A stretch of DNA of 64,000 nucleotides from Candidatus Wirthbacteria bacterium (GTDB taxonomy: Bacteria > Patescibacteriota > CG2-30-54-11), in NCBI GenBank assembly GCA_903889905.1, contig CAISZI010000048.1, positions 5,881 through 69,880 of the forward strand. Reading direction: 5' to 3'. The position numbers were made by a program, and so were the translations under genes. Below are positions 1-8,937 of this stretch, in pieces (position 1 is the stretch's first letter; every line of letters starts with the position of its first letter). The notes beneath the pieces are model-generated. The model searched no databases. It was not told where the DNA came from and was given only the letters and a program-made list of their open reading frames with translations.

Positions 1-3000
1 TTCGTGATAGATGCCGCGGACGTAGTTGCGATAATACTCGTCAGTGCGGATGTAGGCGTCGATGATTTGGAGTTTGGTGGACTGGCCGGCAATGAGGCGA
101 TTGAACCAATAATTAACACCCGTGCTGTCGGCATCGCGACCGAGCGCACGCGTATACATCCGTTTGACGAAATTCCATGCTTTGACCTGGCTCGCCGAGA
201 TGATGCTGCTCACCGTTGCCGTAACAATACTGGTATTGCCAGCGGTGTCCATCAAGTGAAAATCAAAACTGCCATTTTGGGTGAACACATAGACATTACT
301 GCCGTTGTTGTTGGTGATTGTGGACGTCTCACTGGGTGTGAGGGTTGCGGTCACCGAACCAGCGGTATTGTCGGGCGGCGAATACTGTATCGAGCCGCCG
401 GGTGGCGTCCGATCAATGCCGCTGATGGGCGTGGCCGATTTCTGGTAACTGCTATTACCAAGGCCATCCTGGGCCCAGTAACACATGGCTTTGTTGTTGT
501 CAGCTTCGGTTGTGAACGTTTTGGAAGCGTAAGCCACATAACCGGAATTTCCGTCACAGGCGTCACTCAAATGCGCAAGCACTTTCATGTTAAACACGGC
601 AGCCCCAGGGGCACTGGCGGTCACGGTTTTACTCTGTGCGGGGTTGGAATTCGGATTGGTGACAGTAATTGTCGGAGCGATGGTATCAATGTCAAAACTG
701 GCGTTGGTAGGGCCTGCAGCTGAATTTCCTGCTGCATCCTGGACTGTGGAGAGGATAACTGTTGCCGTACCATCCGCATAAGCCGTGCCTGAAGCCGCAT
801 GGACGGTGTATGCATAGGTCCAATGCTGACGGTCGCTACCAACGGTCATGTCACCACTGTCATCGGTCGTCCCTGGCTGGTTGATCGTTATATGAGGGGT
901 ATCACTATTGTTGACGTTTTCGGAATAAGTGGCCGTGATCGTGACGGTACCTGCTGTAACTGGGCTGGAGGGGTTGTAGCTCAATGCTACTGTTGGTGAA
1001 GTCGTATCAATTCCGCCAATGGCCAAGGAGTGTGGATAGAGAGTTGTCACATTACCTGCCAGATCTACAGCTCGATAGCAAACAACTTTTTCATTATCAG
1101 CTTCTGAACTAAACGTAATGGGTGAATAAGGACGAAATCCAGTATCACCATCACAGGGCTGGCTTATGTTGGCCAATTCCTTCATTGTCAGGGTACCAGT
1201 TTCATTTGTAATATTGGCGGTCACTGTTTTACTTTGTGCCGGATTTGCATTGGGAGTTACGACATGAACGACGGGAGGAGTGGTATCGATGATGAAACTA
1301 TTTCCGGTTGGCGCTGCAGCAGGATTGCCGCCAACATCGTGCACAGTTGACAGGGAAACAGCTGCTGCCCCATCCGCATAACCCGCATCAGTATGGGGAT
1401 GGACAGTGTAACTGTAAGTCCAGTGGGCGCGGTCACCCACGTAAGTCATGGGTGCAGTGGTATCCGCCGTGCCGGGTTGATTAATTGTTATAGAAGGAGT
1501 GTCACTGTCGATGATATTTTCGGAATAAGTGGCCGTGATTGTGATGGGCCCAGCTTTGACTGGACTGACAGGGCTATAACTGAGGGCAACGGTGGGGGCA
1601 ATGGTGTCCTGGACAATGATATGTGCCTGAAATACTCCACTACTTCCCCATATACAATCCCAAGGGTCAGTATTGGTATTACAGGTTTGACCATCAGCTG
1701 CGAGACTATAAAAATAAGAACCGATAGCTGCTGGTGGATTTATGTTAACAACAGTTGTAATAACTGGGTAATCCGGCTCAACAAAACCAGTCGTCTGCGA
1801 ACTATCATTTGTTAAACCACCAGTAAACCCTTCAAACTGCAAATAATTATGATCCGTTGTCCACAGCATCGAATTGTATAGACGATATCCAGTATCATTC
1901 GTAAAAGTCACAGCAGAGCTATATTGACAGCTTTGGCCTCGCTCACAAGTCAGGGTTAGTGGAGAAGACGAGGAACTGACACGATAAGATCCAGAGGGAA
2001 CATAATGCGAAAGTAAAAGTTTGGAATCGCTTGCACGCAAATAGGCAACCTGTGCCTGTTCGCCATAGTCAGAGACTAACATTTTGAAATTTATTAGGGA
2101 ATCACTTACAAGTCCAGTATCTGCCACTGTATACCAGCTACTAAAAGAAAATTTCCTAACAATCCCATTTTTAGAACCGTCTGAAGCTAAAATACCAACA
2201 AATGGTGAGTCAGATCTTGTGTAATAATCCAGTGAAAGTTGACCAAAAGCGTCGGATCCTATTGCTGCCGTAAGTACGTCTGAACCTATCTTGGTCCAGG
2301 TGCCAGGATTAAATTCATAAACCACAACCCTATCCAATGTATCTGTTTGTTTAAACACCACTGCAGGTATCTGTAAGCTTTTCTTGAAGACTAGTTGAAT
2401 GGATGGATTATTTACACTGGCCGAAAGCGAAGTACCAACTTGCGACCAAGTTGAGGCAGACAAGCTGTAAACTTTTAATGTTGGGTATAAAGCAAGCGAA
2501 TCGACAAATGCCACATATGGTGCATGCGTTGAAGGTTCCATAGCCATTGAGATCGACGCGATTGCACCATCGCTGATACCTGAACCGGATAGCTGCCAAT
2601 CAGACCCGTCAAAATTCTTGATGACTAACTGGCCGAGTATGGCCGGAGTGCTGTCATCATAAGCAACATAAGGGTGATGAGTGGAAGGATCAATTGCCAA
2701 CGAAAACATTGAACCAACACTCGTTATAGTTGCCCCAACCTGCTCCCAAGTACTGCCATTCAATTTATAAACATCGATGGATTGGGTCTGGGGAGCATCC
2801 TGAATCAGTACAGCGACATAAGGAATTTGCGTGTTGGTATCAAAAGCCAGTTTAACTTTAGTGGCCACACCGCGCGAAAAATTGGCATTTCCAACCAATG
2901 TCCAGCTGATATAAGACGATTTTACACTGACCTTGTTGGTAGCTGTGTTGATATAAGCCAAGTAAATTTGACTGCCCATGAAATCCTGATAAGTCTGGGG

Positions 3001-3135
3001 ATACAGAACCTGGTCAAAATCAACAACAGTGCCCATATCAGTCGGACTTGCCCAGCTGCCATCGGCGCTGGCGATTTTGGTACTGCAGCCAATGAAAACC
3101 GCCATCAGCGCTGTCAATAGTAGCATTTTTTTCAT
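1..3135 (-). CDS. giant secreted repeat protein, partial (C-terminus beyond window start): signal peptide, repeated beta-rich modules, Ig-like tandem repeats, C-terminal DUF4214-type repeats
   Basis: Reverse-strand ATG at 3133-3135 followed by MKKMLLLTALMAVFIGCSTKIASA. I translated about 260 codons by hand with no stop, and 3135 nt is exactly 1045 codons. The last codons (..GIYHE) are in frame with nt 1-190, which are about 85 % identical to 3607-3790 of the neighbouring gene. It is missing from the ORF track because there is no stop in the window, and no competing long ORFs are listed. Confidence 0.6.
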   Translation of the reverse strand, partial: MKKMLLLTALMAVFIGCSTKIASADGSWASPTDMGTVVDFDQVLYPQTYQDFMGSQIYLAYINTATNKVSVKSSYISWTLVGNANFSRGVATKVKLAFDTNTQIPYVAVLIQDAPQTQSIDVYKLNGSTWEQVGATITSVGSMFSLAIDPSTHHPYVAYDDSTPAILGQLVIKNFDGSDWQLSGSGISDGAIASISMAMEPSTHAPYVAFVDSLALYPTLKVYSLSASTWSQVGTSLSASVNNPSIQLVFKKSLQIPAVVFKQTDTLDRVVVYEFNPGTWTKIGSDVLTAAIGSDAFGQLSLDYYTRSDSPFVGILASDGSKNGIVRKFSFSSWYTVADTGLVSDSLINFKMLVSDYGEQAQVAYLRASDSKLLLSHYVPSGSYRVSSSSSPLTLTCERGQSCQYSSAVTFTNDTGYRLYNSMLWTTDHNYLQFEGFTGGLTNDSSQTTGFVEPDYPVITTVVNINPPAAIGSYFYSLAADGQTCNTNTDPWDCIWGSSGVFQAHIIVQDTIAPTVALSYSPVSPVKAGPITITATYSENIIDSDTPSITINQPGTADTTAPMTYVGDRAHWTYSYTVHPHTDAGYADGAAAVSLSTVHDVGGNPAAAPTGNSFIIDTTPPVVHVVTPNANPAQSKTVTANITNETGTLTMKELANISQPCDGDTGFRPYSPITFSSEADNEKVVCYRAVDLAGNVTTLYPHSLAIGGIDTTSPTVALSYNPSSPVTAGTVTITATYSENVNNSDTPHITINQPGTTDDSGDMTVGSDRQHWTYAYTVHAASGTAYADGTATVILSTVQDAAGNSAAGPTNASFDIDTIAPTITVTNPNSNPAQSKTVTASAPGAAVFNMKVLAHLSDACDGNSGYVAYASKTFTTEADNNKAMCYWAQDGLGNSSYQKSATPISGIDRTPPGGSIQYSPPDNTAGSVTATLTPSETSTITNNNGSNVYVFTQNGSFDFHLMDTAGNTSIVTATVSSIISASQVKAWNFVKRMYTRALGRDADSTGVNYWFNRLIAGQSTKLQIIDAYIRTDEYYRNYVRGIYHE

Positions 3136-3179
3136 GATTGGATTTTCCAATATAGGTAAAATTTACCGAGATTTCTCAA

Positions 3180-5867
3180 TTAATGATTCCAGAATTCTTC
3201 ACTGTCCAGTAATATCGACGTCAATTTCATGCGATCCATGCCATGCTGCAATTGGCCAACAAAAAAGGCTTCTCCGGATCCGTCGGTTCCTCGTTCCAGT
3301 ACCTGCTGATATTGTTCCTGCACATATTTGGCGTTGAATTCGTAGGAATAGAAAAAATCCCGGATCATACCCTGCTTGGTCTTGACGCCACTGTTGAGTT
3401 GGGCAACCCAATAACTCACACCAGAGGGATCGGCGGACCGATTCATGAAGTCCTGGTAAAGTGAAGCCACGAAGGCGGAATTCCCCTGGCTGAGGTACTC
3501 GGGCGAATAGGCAAAGTTGGAGATAAGATCTGTCTTGCTTAAGCCCTGCAACATGGCATTCGTCCAGTAATCCAGGCCCGACTGATCGGCGTCACGGTTC
3601 ATGAATTCGTGATAGATGCCCGAGACATAATGCCGATAATACTCGTCGGTACGAATGTAGGCGTCAATGATTTGGAGTTTGGTGGATTGACCGGCGACCA
3701 GGCGATTGTACCAATAATTAACACCGCTGCTGTCGGCTTCACGACCTAGTGCTCGGGTATACATGCGTCGCACAAAATTATACGATTTGGAATCAACATT
3801 TGGTGGCGTGATACCGGTGATTGCCGCTGATTTTTTATAACTTACGTTACCCAGTCCATCCACAGCTCTATAGCACATGGCTTTACCGTTATCATCGACC
3901 GAGTTAAATGTTGTTGGAACATGTAAACCAGAACTAAAATCTGCCTGACTAACAACATGAGGATTGCCATATCCCGAATTCCCATCGCAAGGGTCGGACA
4001 CTTGAGATAAAACTTTCGTGGATAACGTTCCTTCATTCACCACAACATCTACTGTTTTGCTAGTACTTGGTCTGAAATCGGGATTCAATACACTAATGGA
4101 TGGAGGAGTAATATCAATGTTTATTTGGTGAGATGCTGATAAATATGCCCGCGCGCCCAGGGAATCCCAGGCTTGAATACAAATAGTATTATTATTGTGG
4201 CTTTCATCGGTAAAGTTCAGAGTTGTTCCCGATACATAAATGGGCCAATTGCTAGCATCATCCCAAACCGTACAACTGGGCCTATAGTTATACTTGACGA
4301 CCAGATTAATTCCTCCTGAAACTGCAGCTGCGAAACTCTCGGATGTAACAGGTCCCTGTGCTAAATCGGTTGTTACCATAGCGGAAATCGGTACAGAATC
4401 AATGACAAAAGTATAATTTGTGGGAGAGGCTGACACATTGTTTGCGGCGTCATGAGTTGTGGATAGAGATACTGTAGCAGTGCCATCCACATACGAGCTC
4501 CCATCTCTGGTATTCACGTTATAATCATAAATCCAATGACTGCGATCAACACTTTCTGACATTGGCGCATTTTGTATATCAACAGTGCCCGGCTGATCGA
4601 TGGAAATAGTTGGATCGTCTGTTATATCTTCGGAATAAACCGCTTCAATAGTCACTACCCCTGCAGACGCTGGTGTATTAATACTCGCATATGCTAAGAC
4701 AACTGTTGGTGGAGTTTTATCATAAGTTGATTCAAATGACCCACTGTCGCAGCGACTTCCATGATATGGCCGTGTATTGCCTCTTTGATCAACATTAATG
4801 GGAGTACTGTCGATATCGGTACAAGATCCATTTGCCACGAAATCAATCGCTGGACTATTCGAAAGTAAAGAAAATGTTGGCGTAGTGCCGCCATTACTAA
4901 TCGATAGACTACCCAAATTGGCGGCGCTACCAACGGAATTGCTGCCGTTCAAAGACCCACAACTGCTATCGCCAATGACATTACCACCAGCAGAAGCTAA
5001 ATTCCCACTGATATTACAATCGTAGATTTGATTGTAACCAATAATTGAATTTTTGAGTGTGAATTTGGCACCCAAGCCACTTAACCCAAAACCATCCCCA
5101 GCCCCTGAACTTGATTCCAATTGAGCAGCAATGGTGGAATTAACAATTGAGGCTGTCACTTGAGTTGATGCACCGTCATCGCTATATAAATAAACTCCTG
5201 ACCCGTAATTTCCACCAATCGTGGAATTTATAACATGTAAAATTGATGGTCCATAACGCATTGCAATTCCGCCACCAGTTCCCGCGTCGGACAGGTTAAG
5301 ATAAATGGCGCTTTGACGGATGGTTAGTGTATGCAGTGTTTTATAAATTGCCCCACCAATACCCCCTTCATTGCCAACCATGATGACACGATTTAGGTTC
5401 AGGTCAGATTCAGACTGATCAGTAATCCCACCCCCGAGTAAACCATTGCCATTGGCGATCATGACGTCGTTAAGTGTCAGGGCATCCATTGTATCAATTA
5501 CGCCATCCTGCACGGTTTGGACGATTTTGGTTGTATTGGCACCTGAACCATTGATCGTTAAAGTATCATAGACATTTAGATCTCCCGCTGCAGACCCGGA
5601 CTCCTGTGCTCCCGAAATCGTCAAATCATATTCCCCCGCCGGCAACGTAATAATATCCGCTCCTGCCAGTGCATTCGCTTCCATCACCGCCGCACGCAAC
5701 GTACATTCCCCCGCCGCTGTATGGCAAACCCCATTCCCTGGATTGTCATCCACGGCATCGGTGGTGGAATTGACCACAAACGTCGCAGCAAAAGCCTTGC
5801 GGCCGCCCACGAAGAGAACCGCCAATACGACTGCACAGACTGCCAAGCGCGTCATCAGGTGCTTCAT
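3180..5867 (-). CDS. 895-aa secreted surface protein: signal peptide, CSLREA-like right-handed beta-helix N-domain (..GECTLRAAVMEANA..), Ig-like domains, two or three C-terminal DUF4214 repeats
   Basis: ORF track. N-terminal hydrophobic signal, G/N/S-rich beta-helix repeats, and C-terminal repeats of the type DxSGxxYWxxxLxxGxxxxxxIxxFxxSxEY. Confidence 0.8.
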   Translation of the reverse strand: MKHLMTRLAVCAVVLAVLFVGGRKAFAATFVVNSTTDAVDDNPGNGVCHTAAGECTLRAAVMEANALAGADIITLPAGEYDLTISGAQESGSAAGDLNVYDTLTINGSGANTTKIVQTVQDGVIDTMDALTLNDVMIANGNGLLGGGITDQSESDLNLNRVIMVGNEGGIGGAIYKTLHTLTIRQSAIYLNLSDAGTGGGIAMRYGPSILHVINSTIGGNYGSGVYLYSDDGASTQVTASIVNSTIAAQLESSSGAGDGFGLSGLGAKFTLKNSIIGYNQIYDCNISGNLASAGGNVIGDSSCGSLNGSNSVGSAANLGSLSISNGGTTPTFSLLSNSPAIDFVANGSCTDIDSTPINVDQRGNTRPYHGSRCDSGSFESTYDKTPPTVVLAYASINTPASAGVVTIEAVYSEDITDDPTISIDQPGTVDIQNAPMSESVDRSHWIYDYNVNTRDGSSYVDGTATVSLSTTHDAANNVSASPTNYTFVIDSVPISAMVTTDLAQGPVTSESFAAAVSGGINLVVKYNYRPSCTVWDDASNWPIYVSGTTLNFTDESHNNNTICIQAWDSLGARAYLSASHQINIDITPPSISVLNPDFRPSTSKTVDVVVNEGTLSTKVLSQVSDPCDGNSGYGNPHVVSQADFSSGLHVPTTFNSVDDNGKAMCYRAVDGLGNVSYKKSAAITGITPPNVDSKSYNFVRRMYTRALGREADSSGVNYWYNRLVAGQSTKLQIIDAYIRTDEYYRHYVSGIYHEFMNRDADQSGLDYWTNAMLQGLSKTDLISNFAYSPEYLSQGNSAFVASLYQDFMNRSADPSGVSYWVAQLNSGVKTKQGMIRDFFYSYEFNAKYVQEQYQQVLERGTDGSGEAFFVGQLQHGMDRMKLTSILLDSEEFWNH

Positions 5868-5899
5868 GGAATGACTCCAGTAATATTTTTTAGAGAATA

Positions 5900-5908
5900 A
5901 TTATACCA
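5900..5908 (-). promoter_or_regulatory. candidate extended -10 promoter (TGgTATAAT on reverse strand) for the 895-aa gene
   Basis: Reverse complement of 5900-5908 is TGGTATAAT, about 33 nt upstream of the ATG. A GGAG Shine-Dalgarno sits 9 nt before the ATG. Confidence 0.3.
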
Positions 5909-5990
5909 CAGAATCACCGCAATAGTGTACCAAGTTTAAAGCTAATTGTCAGGCGAATTTTAGCACTTCCCGGTGTTGCTGCGGAGCATC

Positions 5991-6022
5991 AAAAAAAGGC
6001 ACGAAAATTCATCTCCGTGCCT
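5991..6022 (-). terminator. rho-independent terminator of cca
   Basis: Hairpin aggcacg-12 nt loop-cgtgcct (5997-6022) followed on the minus strand by a U-run (A-run 5991-5996 on plus), 25 nt past the cca stop. Confidence 0.55.
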
Positions 6023-6046
6023 TGCATCCGTCATTTTACTGATTGA

Positions 6047-7390
6047 TTATTTCAATTTCTGCCCAACCAGATCGATCGCCGCATGGCGGTCTTTGACCAG
6101 GCCTTCGAGTTGAGCGTCGTGCAAAAAATCCAGAATGTCGCCGACCTGCGGACCTGGCTGAATACCAAACAATTGCATGATGTCCTGCCCGGTCAGCAAG
6201 GGTTGCGGCGGTTCCAGCAGGAGCAGGTCTTTTTCGGCATGGTACTGGTCGGAAAGTTTGTTGTATTCACTCATTTCGGTGGGCGCCGTGCCGATGGTGT
6301 CGGCTTTAAAGACTTTCATCAGGTCCGGAAACATCGGATCCATGAACCAGCGACGGCGCTTAGCGTCCCGCATGCGGCCAAAATTGAGCATTTGCATGTG
6401 GCTACCCACCAGAAAGACGATTTTTTCGCGCTCTACTTTTTTGAACTTGAGCCGGTCCAGGATTACTTCGGACATATCCACACCCGCTTCTTCGTGGCCA
6501 CGGAAAGTGATTTTGCGCCCTTCCTGCTTGATCATCGTTTGTTTGCCCACATCGTGCAGCAGCACAGCCCAGACAATATGTTCATCAATATCATGGTGCA
6601 ACGAATGCAGGCAACGCATGGTGTGCACCCAGACATCGCCTTCGGCATGGTATTCGGGTGGTTGTGGCACCGCGTGCAGGTTGGTGACTTCGGGCAGGAT
6701 AAACGAAAGCAGGCCAACGCGATCCAGCTCCTCAAAAGGAATATCGTAGGTAAAAAAAGGCGGTTCACCGCTTTGGGCGCGGACAAAGGCCAGCATTTTG
6801 GAAATTTCGTCGTGGATGCGTTCCCATGATGTTTTGGTGATGAACTGGGCCGATGCACGGATGGCGCGTAATGTTTGCGGGTCGTAGTCAAAACCATAGG
6901 TCAATTTGAAACGCACAGCTCTAAGAATTCTTAAATAGTCTTCACGAATCCGCAGATCAGGGTCACCAATAAAACGCAAAATCTGACTCCGCAAGTCGTC
7001 TTTGCCTCCCACGTAATCAATCACTTGGTCGTTAACCGGGTCGTAAAACATGCCATTGATGGTGAAATCACGGCGTTTGGCGTCTTCTTCGGCATTGGTG
7101 AACATGACCGCGTCGGGACGGCGGCCATCGGACAAGGCGCTATCCGAACGAAACGTGGCGACTTCGAAGTGATGACCATCTTCGATCACCAGGATGACGC
7201 CAAACTGCTTGCCAATCGGCACGGTTTTGGGCATCAGGGCTTCGATTTCATCCGGTTTGGCCGAGGTGACAATGTCAAAATCCTTGGGCGTGAGGCCCAT
7301 GAGCATGTCACGCACGCAGCCACCGGCGTAATAGGCTTCAAAACCGGCGTTGTGGAGACGTTTGACGATACTTAAAGCAGTGTTTTTCAT
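6047..7390 (-). CDS. cca: CCA tRNA nucleotidyltransferase (class II polymerase-beta head plus HD domain)
   Basis: N-terminal ..GFEAYYAGGCVRDMLMG..DFDIVT.. and HD motif LLHDVGK. 447 aa. Confidence 0.85.
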   Translation of the reverse strand: MKNTALSIVKRLHNAGFEAYYAGGCVRDMLMGLTPKDFDIVTSAKPDEIEALMPKTVPIGKQFGVILVIEDGHHFEVATFRSDSALSDGRRPDAVMFTNAEEDAKRRDFTINGMFYDPVNDQVIDYVGGKDDLRSQILRFIGDPDLRIREDYLRILRAVRFKLTYGFDYDPQTLRAIRASAQFITKTSWERIHDEISKMLAFVRAQSGEPPFFTYDIPFEELDRVGLLSFILPEVTNLHAVPQPPEYHAEGDVWVHTMRCLHSLHHDIDEHIVWAVLLHDVGKQTMIKQEGRKITFRGHEEAGVDMSEVILDRLKFKKVEREKIVFLVGSHMQMLNFGRMRDAKRRRWFMDPMFPDLMKVFKADTIGTAPTEMSEYNKLSDQYHAEKDLLLLEPPQPLLTGQDIMQLFGIQPGPQVGDILDFLHDAQLEGLVKDRHAAIDLVGQKLK

Positions 7391-8175
7391 GACGTTTTCA
7401 ATAGAATTTGGATTTTGAGTTCTACCTCCGCAATCGAACGCACGATGTCTTTTTCTTCTATCGCCATGTCATCCAGAGCCTGCTGCAAACGGGCGTGCGA
7501 TTCCTTCTTGGTATTGGGATGCCACATATGGAGTGCGTCAAAGCTAATCTGGTGACCGTAACGGTGCCGGACTTCGGATAGTATATTCAGCGACTCATGC
7601 GCATTGTCATTGACGAAGAAAACACGATCACCGGTGACAAATGGAAAATCCAGGATTGTCTTGGGTTTATTTTCGGTCGTATGTACGCGCTCCTGGAAAA
7701 AATCCACCAGACCCGCTGCTTTGACTTTGCCATACTGGTAAACGTGATCACCCAGTGTCACCAGATGTTGCTCACTCTGCGGTGCAATTGACGAGATTAA
7801 TTGCTGCAGTTGCTCCAACCGGCGATTGGTACTTGGGTCAAATAGACATTCCGCACTTCGGCCCACGACAGACTGTGTAAACAAGGAAGCGATCGTCTCA
7901 GCAAACGTCGCATCAATCTGCCCCGGCAGAAGTTCGATCAATTTATTCAAAACGCGCGCATTCAACAAAAAGGGACGGAAAATCCCCCCCTCGTCCCAGG
8001 CATTTTGATAGGCAAACTCGACACCGTTTTTGAGCTGCTTCAAATCCGCAACAACGCTGCGGCGTTGCAAATCCTTGGCCAGTTCGTCAACGAAAATGAC
8101 ATCACGCAAACGACTGGTATTGAGTAATGTCCCATCCAAATCCCAGATAACTACCACACGTTTGGTCAAAATCAT
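7387..8175 (-). CDS. HAD-superfamily hydrolase
   Basis: HAD motif I (VIWDLDGTLL). 262 aa, with a 4-nt overlap with the neighbouring genes. Confidence 0.65.
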   Translation of the reverse strand: MILTKRVVVIWDLDGTLLNTSRLRDVIFVDELAKDLQRRSVVADLKQLKNGVEFAYQNAWDEGGIFRPFLLNARVLNKLIELLPGQIDATFAETIASLFTQSVVGRSAECLFDPSTNRRLEQLQQLISSIAPQSEQHLVTLGDHVYQYGKVKAAGLVDFFQERVHTTENKPKTILDFPFVTGDRVFFVNDNAHESLNILSEVRHRYGHQISFDALHMWHPNTKKESHARLQQALDDMAIEEKDIVRSIAEVELKIQILLKTS

Positions 8176-8849
8176 GCAATCCCTCCAAAAATACTGCGTC
8201 CCACCCGGATTATCGTGGCGCCTTCCTCAATAGCCACACCAAAGTCCTGACTCGTGCCCATGGATAAATGCGGCAGCAGTATATCAAATTTGCGTTGCAT
8301 TTTGTCCCGGAGCGTCCGCAGTTTTACGAAGTGTTTGCGGCTTGCTTCAGCATCCTCGGTAAAGGGTGGCATGGTCATCAGACCGACAACACGAACATGC
8401 GGCAAATCCACAATTTCTTTCATGGCGTGATAGAGACTTTCATCTGGCAATCCCGCTTTATTGATTTCACGCGACACGTTAACTTCAATCAAGACTTCCA
8501 TGGTTTTCCCAACCTGGCTGAGCTCGTATGCAAATACTTTGGCCAGTTTGACGCTGTCAATGGACTCGACCATCTGGAAAAGCTGAATTGCTTTTTTGAC
8601 TTTGTTGGACTGCAAATGGCCGATCATATGCCAGGTGGCGCCACGCACGTGCGCGACTTTTTCCTGGGCAGCCTGCACCCGGTTTTCGCCAATCAGCGTC
8701 AAACCGGCATCAACCACTTCCTGAAGTTGATCGGCAGTGGCGTATTTGCCGGCGACTTCGACTTGAATCGAGGCCGGGTCGCATTTGGCCAGCTCACAGG
8801 CGGTGGCAACTTGCTGGCGGAGGGAGAGGATGTTGGATGAAATGGACAT
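8172..8849 (-). CDS. yggS: YggS-family pyridoxal-phosphate homeostasis protein (alanine-racemase-fold PLP enzyme)
   Basis: 225 aa, collinear with E. coli YggS: ..LIGENRVQ..HMIGHLQSNK..SMGTSQDF..IRVGRSIFG. Confidence 0.8.
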   Translation of the reverse strand: MSISSNILSLRQQVATACELAKCDPASIQVEVAGKYATADQLQEVVDAGLTLIGENRVQAAQEKVAHVRGATWHMIGHLQSNKVKKAIQLFQMVESIDSVKLAKVFAYELSQVGKTMEVLIEVNVSREINKAGLPDESLYHAMKEIVDLPHVRVVGLMTMPPFTEDAEASRKHFVKLRTLRDKMQRKFDILLPHLSMGTSQDFGVAIEEGATIIRVGRSIFGGIA

Positions 8850-8862
8850 TGGGTTCCTTGTA

Positions 8863-8918
8863 GGGGCGTACCCTTGCGGTCGCCCTGCAATAGATGGGCG
8901 ACCGCAAGGGTACGCCCC
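8863..8918. repeat. long GC-rich perfect hairpin (22-bp stem, 12-nt loop) between the yggS start and the helicase-nuclease stop; REP-like or terminator/attenuator
   Basis: ggggcgtacccttgcggtcgcc (8863-8884) is the exact reverse complement of ggcgaccgcaagggtacgcccc (8897-8918). Confidence 0.6.
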
Positions 8919-8937
8919 TACAAATCAAAATGCTAAA

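Noticed and set aside
4-3120. Multiple 60-140-aa plus-strand ORFs (4..723, 799..999, 1393..1815, 2782..3120 and others)
   Set aside because: They lie antisense to the long uninterrupted minus-strand reading frame of the giant surface protein. No Shine-Dalgarno support, and the composition is typical of antisense translation.
6083-6829. 248-aa and 190-aa plus-strand ORFs antisense to cca
   Set aside because: Antisense to a well-supported cca gene; no motifs.
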